This document shows, piece after piece, positions 58,880 through 63,538 of a stretch of DNA of 63,538 bases (position 1 is the first letter of the stretch; each line of letters opens with the position of its first letter). The position numbers and the translations under genes are program-made. The notes below the pieces were generated by a model, which saw nothing but the letters and a program-made list of their open reading frames with translations, was not told where the DNA came from and ran no database searches. This DNA is from Chrysemys picta bellii (lineage: Eukaryota), in assembly GCF_011386835.1 (NCBI RefSeq), contig NC_088792.1, forward strand, positions 287,246,463 through 287,310,000, written 5' to 3'.

Positions 58880-61200
58880 ACAGAGAAACTACATTTATGA
58901 AGTTTGCGGACAATACCAAGCTGGGAGGGGTTGCAAGTGCTTTGGAGGACAGGATTAGAATTCAAAATGGTCTTGATAAACTGGAGAAATGGTCTGAAGT
59001 AAGTAGGATGCATTTCTCCATACTGAATTTCAAAGTACTGTACTTAGGAAGGAACAATCAATTGCAGATATAAAATGGGAAATGACTGCCTAGGAAGGAG
59101 TACTGCAGAAAAAGATCTGAGTGTTATAGTGGATTATCAACTACATATGAATCAATAAAAAAAGAACAGGAGTACTTGTGGCACCTTAGAGACTAACAAA
59201 TTTATTAGAGCATAAGCTTTCGTGGACTACAGCCCACTTCATCGGATGCATAGAAAGCTTATGCTCTAATAAATTTGTTAGTCTCTAAGGTGCCACAAGT
59301 ACTCCTGTTCTTTTTGCGGATACAGACTAACACGGTTACCACTCTGAAACCTGTCATATGAATCAATGTAACACTGTTGCAAAAAAAGGAGACATCATTC
59401 TGGGATGTATTAGCAGGAGTGTTATAAACAAGACATGAGAAGTAATTCTTCCGCTCTACTCAGCCCTGACAAGGCCTCAGCTGGAGTATTGCGTCTAGTT
59501 CTGGGCACCGCGCTTTGGGAAAGATGTGAACAAACGGAAAAAGTCCAGAGACCAGCAACAAAAATGATTAAAGGTCTAGAAAAACCTATGAGGAAAGACT
59601 GAAAATATTTGGTTTGTCTAGTCTGGAAAAGAGAAAACGGAGGGGGGAACGTGGTAAGTCTTTTCATAAAAGGCTGTTATAAAGAGATGAGTGATAAATT
59701 GCTCTCCTTAATCACTGAGGACAGAACAAGAAGTAATGGGCTTAAACTAGTGCAGGGGAGACTTAGATTAGACATTAGGAAAAAATCCTTCCTAACTGTA
59801 AGGGAAGTTAAGCACTGGAACAAGTTACCTAGGGAGGTTGTGGAATCTCCATCATTGGAGGGTTTTTAAGAACCAGTTAAACACCTGTTAGGAATGGTCT
59901 AAATAATACTTAATCCTGCCTCAGTGCAGAGGACTGGACTAGATGACCTATCAAGGTCCCTTCCAGACCTACATTTCTACAAAATCCTTTTGGTTCCGCT
60001 GTCAGTACACTAGCCTAGTATGGACGCAGGGGTAAGTTAACTGCACAGGAATTATGAGGAGGTCCCAAGAGAAGTCTTTTAAGAGGAGTTTTTTTAATAT
60101 AGCAGCACTGCTTCTAGGTTAGGCTATTTCAACTGATAACATTACTTCTCAATAAGAATGGCTATACTGGGTCAGACCAAAGGTCCATCTAGCCTGGTAT
60201 CCTGTCTTCTGACAGTGGCCAATGCCAGGTGTCCCAGAAGGAATGAACAGAACAGGTAATCGTCAAGGGATCCATCCCCTGTCACCCATTCCCAGCTTCT
60301 GGCAAACAGAGGCTAGACACCCCATCTCTGCCCATCCTGTTTAATAGCCATTGATGGATCTATCCTCCATGAATTTTATCTAGTTCTTTTTTGAGCCCTG
60401 TTATAGTCTTGGCCTTCACAACATCCTCTGGCAAAGAGTTCCACAGATTGACTGTGCATTGTGTGAAGAAATACTTCCTTTTGTTTTAAACCTGCTGCCT
60501 ATTAATTTCATTTGGTGACCCCGTTCTTGTGTTATGAGAAGTAAATAACACTTCCTTATTTACTTTCTCCACACCAGTCATGATTTTATAGACTTCAATC
60601 ATATCCCTCCTTAGTCGTCTCTTTTCCAAGCTGCAAAGTCCCAGTTTTATTAGTCTCTCCTCATACAGAAGCCATTCTATACCCCTAATCATTTTTGTTG
60701 CCTTTTCTGAACCTTTTTCAATTCCAATATATCTTTTTTGAGATGAGGCGACCACATCTGCACAGTATTCAAGATGTGGGTGTACCATGGATTTATAGAG
60801 GCAATATCATCTTTTCTGTCTTATTATCTATCCCTTTCTTAATGATTCCCAACATTCTGTTCACTTTTTTTGACTGCCGCTGCACATTGAGTGGATGTTT
60901 TCAGAGAACTATCCACAATGATTCCAAGATCTTTCTTGAGTGGTAACAGCAAATTTAGACCCCATCATTTTATATGTATAGTTGGGATTATGTTTTCCAA
61001 TGGTGACATGTACCCAGTCACTATGGGGATAGTTGAAATCCCTCATTAGTGAGCTTTTTCTTTTAACAGCCTCTCTAATCTCCCTGATCATTTCAGTCAC
61101 TATCACCATCCTGGTCAGGTGGTTGGTAGTATATCCCTATTGCTATATTCTTATTCTTCAAGCATGGAATTACTATCCATAGAGATTCTATGATACAGTT
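58880..61200. mobile_element. CR1 fragments in both orientations, interrupted by a palindromic short element
   Basis: Plus-strand frames KFADNTKLGG and RTRSNGLKLVQGRLRLDIRKK; minus-strand frame MVHPHLEYC..EKRRLRRDMIEVYKIM. Confidence 0.8.
59160..59315. repeat. Near-perfect ~75-bp-arm palindromic short element
   Basis: 'aaaaagaacaggagtacttgtggcaccttagagactaacaaatttattagagcataagcttt' ... 'aaagcttatgctctaataaatttgttagtctctaaggtgccacaagtactcctgttcttttt'. Confidence 0.9.
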
Positions 61201-62504
61201 TGGTGATTGAAAGCAATATCAGCGTGTGAATACAGACACTAAGAGTCAGCCCCCAGATACCGGAGTCTATGCTCCTGTCACACACAGTCCAATTAGAGTC
61301 ATACTCGGAGTGTAATGCCAGAAGGGATCATTGGTCTAGGTCATCTAGTCTGATCTCCGGTATCTCATAGGCCACCAACACCACTCAGCATCTACACACT
61401 AACCACAACAACTGAAACTAGACCAAAGCCCACAGGAGCATGTGAGCAAGAACCAGTCGGTTGTGCACTCAGGGAGAGAGTGCTCACTGCCACCTCAGAG
61501 CCCTGGCCCTCCCTGCCCAATGTCCCATCTCCAGCTGTGGCCATCCCTGATGCTTCAGAGGAAGGAGATAAGGGGAGGTGTGCCTTCCTGACCCCTGCAG
61601 GTGGCAGGCAAATTCAAAGGACAGTTTCATGTTAAAGATCATTTGATTTTTTTAAAAACCATGATTAAAGCAGCTAATGTGAATAAAGGCAGCTACTTTT
61701 TAAAGTCACTTAACAATCCAGCAACACTTCTGAATTTAGAGCTGTTTTTAGCAGCTCTAAATAAATGAAACCTAAAATCTCTTCACTATTTCATGGCCAA
61801 GGCTCAGCACAATGAAATTTAACAGTTATAAATCCAGATGTTTCAGGAAGATACAAATTACGAGTCTTACATTGTGACCTAATGTTTGTACACTCGGTTT
61901 AAGACTAAGGGAAACAATGGGGTCCTAACCCCTGCTTGGGTGAAGTGGAAGCATAAAATACAGCCAAGTAGGATATATTTGTGGCTATTCACTCTGGGCT
62001 ATTTTATAGGACCCCTTGTCATACCAGCTTGTCAATGACATTGGGATGATAGTTGGCTTTCCCGTTTTGCAGTTTTGTAAGCAATATGCACAAGAGACTC
62101 CTGGGATGTTGGCTACCACCTTCTGATCCACTGTGCAACTGGCACACATTCCAAGGAAAGACACCCCACACCATCTGCACTCAAAATCTTGACCTTTTTA
62201 TTAGTTACAGTTCCAGAAAGGATAAACGTCAGCTCTTAGATCTTGTTGAAAGCCGCTATGTCGACACTCTGCACCTGAAATAGAACAAGAAATGCTGTTA
62301 AAGATCAGAAAATACGTTCCAGAGATTTAAGATGTACAGAACGCACACTTACTGGGGTGGTCTCTTGACAGAAGACGTTTGCCCTAACCACCTCAAAGTT
62401 TATAAAGCACAATCCTTTATTAAAAGACCATTTTTTATAAGTCAACAATTAGTCCTGCGAATGGTCATATTTTAAGATTGGGAGCTTATATAACTGGTAA
62501 TGGC

Positions 62505-62680
62505 AATCAGGAGGGATAGCTCAGTGGTTTGAGCATTGCCTGCTAAACCCAGGGTTGAGAGTTCAATCCTTGAGGGGGCCACTTAGGGATCTGGGGCAAA
62601 ATCAGTACTTGGTCCTGCTAATGAAGGCAGGGGACTGAACTCGATGACCTTTCAAGGTCCCTTCCAGTTCTAGGAGATAA
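62505..62680 (+). mobile_element. tRNA-derived SINE with a CR1-like 3' tail
   Basis: Head 'gggatagctcagtggtttgagcattggcctgctaaacccagggttg..agttcaatccttgagggggcc' and tail 'gatgacct..caaggtcccttccagttcta', followed by an (ATT)n tract. A similar copy lies at about 31355-31525. Confidence 0.7.
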
Positions 62681-63538
62681 GATATCTCCATTATTATTAA
62701 TTATTATTATTATTATTTATTTATTTTTTTTTTTAGGATCAGAACCCCATTGTGCTGGGGCTTGTACAAACGGCAAGAAAAAGTTCCCACCCCAAAGAGC
62801 TTACAAATTAAAACTGGTTTCAGACTCACCCTATAGAAAGGGGAGAAGTTCCATTTTTAATTATGGTCTGTGGGCCAGGATAGAATTTAGAACTGCATGT
62901 GCTTTCCTGAATCCACAGCAACTTCCCACTGACGTGAAAGGTTAGTTTGCACAGATCAAAGGGAGGAGAGAGTTAATTTACTACAGAAAGGCTATGTTAA
63001 TATTTGTCAATGCGCCTTGTCACCTTCAGAACCACTCAGTGGGGAAAAAACTAGCCTTCAGGATTGCCACTATTTCTGCTCTTTGTTTCTCTCCTTGTCC
63101 CCATCCTTGGGAGTCTCCTCTCTTCCCCACACAATAAGTCCCAATTCCACCTCTGCTGTAGACGTCACTCCACCCCACATCCATGTCCCAGCCCAGCCGC
63201 TAAAACAATCAGCAGCAAAACAGTGAACTGCTGTCCCTGAAGCACCCGGAACTAGGCACCCCAGTGAGTACAAGGGCAAGGGCGGTTCACACCTCAAAGC
63301 GATTGCTTCAGGCTGTTTGCAGGCTCTGGGACAGCATCCTTATGCTCGCCATGGTTTCAAGGTTATCGTCACAAACATGGGGACTAAAAACTCAAGTCCC
63401 CGCCCACCCTTGAAAGTTTAGATGATGCAGAATCTGAATATACTGTAGGCTGCAAACACATGAAGTGGATCAAAATCTGGGGTGTGGGTTTAAGGGCCCA
63501 GGTGTTTGAAAGCACTGCAAGGCACCAGGGGAGGACTT

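Noticed and set aside
62505-62580. Possible tRNA gene (also about 31355-31425)
   Set aside because: The tRNA-like head runs into a CR1-like tail, which makes it a SINE rather than a tRNA.
1-63538. CRISPR array or prokaryotic defence system
   Set aside because: The DNA is clearly eukaryotic (spliceosomal introns, CR1 LINEs), and the tandem repeats lack unique spacers.

Overview
Vertebrate nuclear DNA, most likely turtle: it carries CR1 LINE fragments and many short elements with 'ctacactac/gtgtagac' ends typical of turtle genomes (inference, no database search). Left to right: (1) two decayed minus-strand exons of a PNPLA6 (neuropathy target esterase)-like gene, one with a dead splice donor; (2) a complete, young, intact LTR retrotransposon (7843-14712; 1052-bp LTRs, CCTGT target-site duplication, tRNA-Ser PBS) with one 1530-aa Gag-Pol ORF in PR-IN-RT-RH order and a SCAN-like capsid region, i.e. 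a Gmr1-like Ty3/Gypsy element; (3) four intronless small heat-shock genes (HSP30/HSPB9/hspb11-like) arranged as two head-to-head pairs (16169-18967 and 25507-28436). Each has a TATA box and a heat-shock element. The CDSs and promoters are homogenised while the 3' flanks differ, and one copy has a damaged HSE and a (CAG)31(CGT)5 expansion in its 5' leader that is in frame, as poly-Ala, with the CDS; (4) a multi-exon minus-strand NAPRT gene (exon 1 at about 55111, recognisable exons down to about 35600) with CR1 debris in intron 1; (5) CR1/MITE debris to the end of the window. The most notable system is the HSP30 double inverted-pair locus with one regulatory-divergent, repeat-expanded paralogue. 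The intact Gmr1-like element is second. Coordinates were counted by hand and identities are by-eye estimates.
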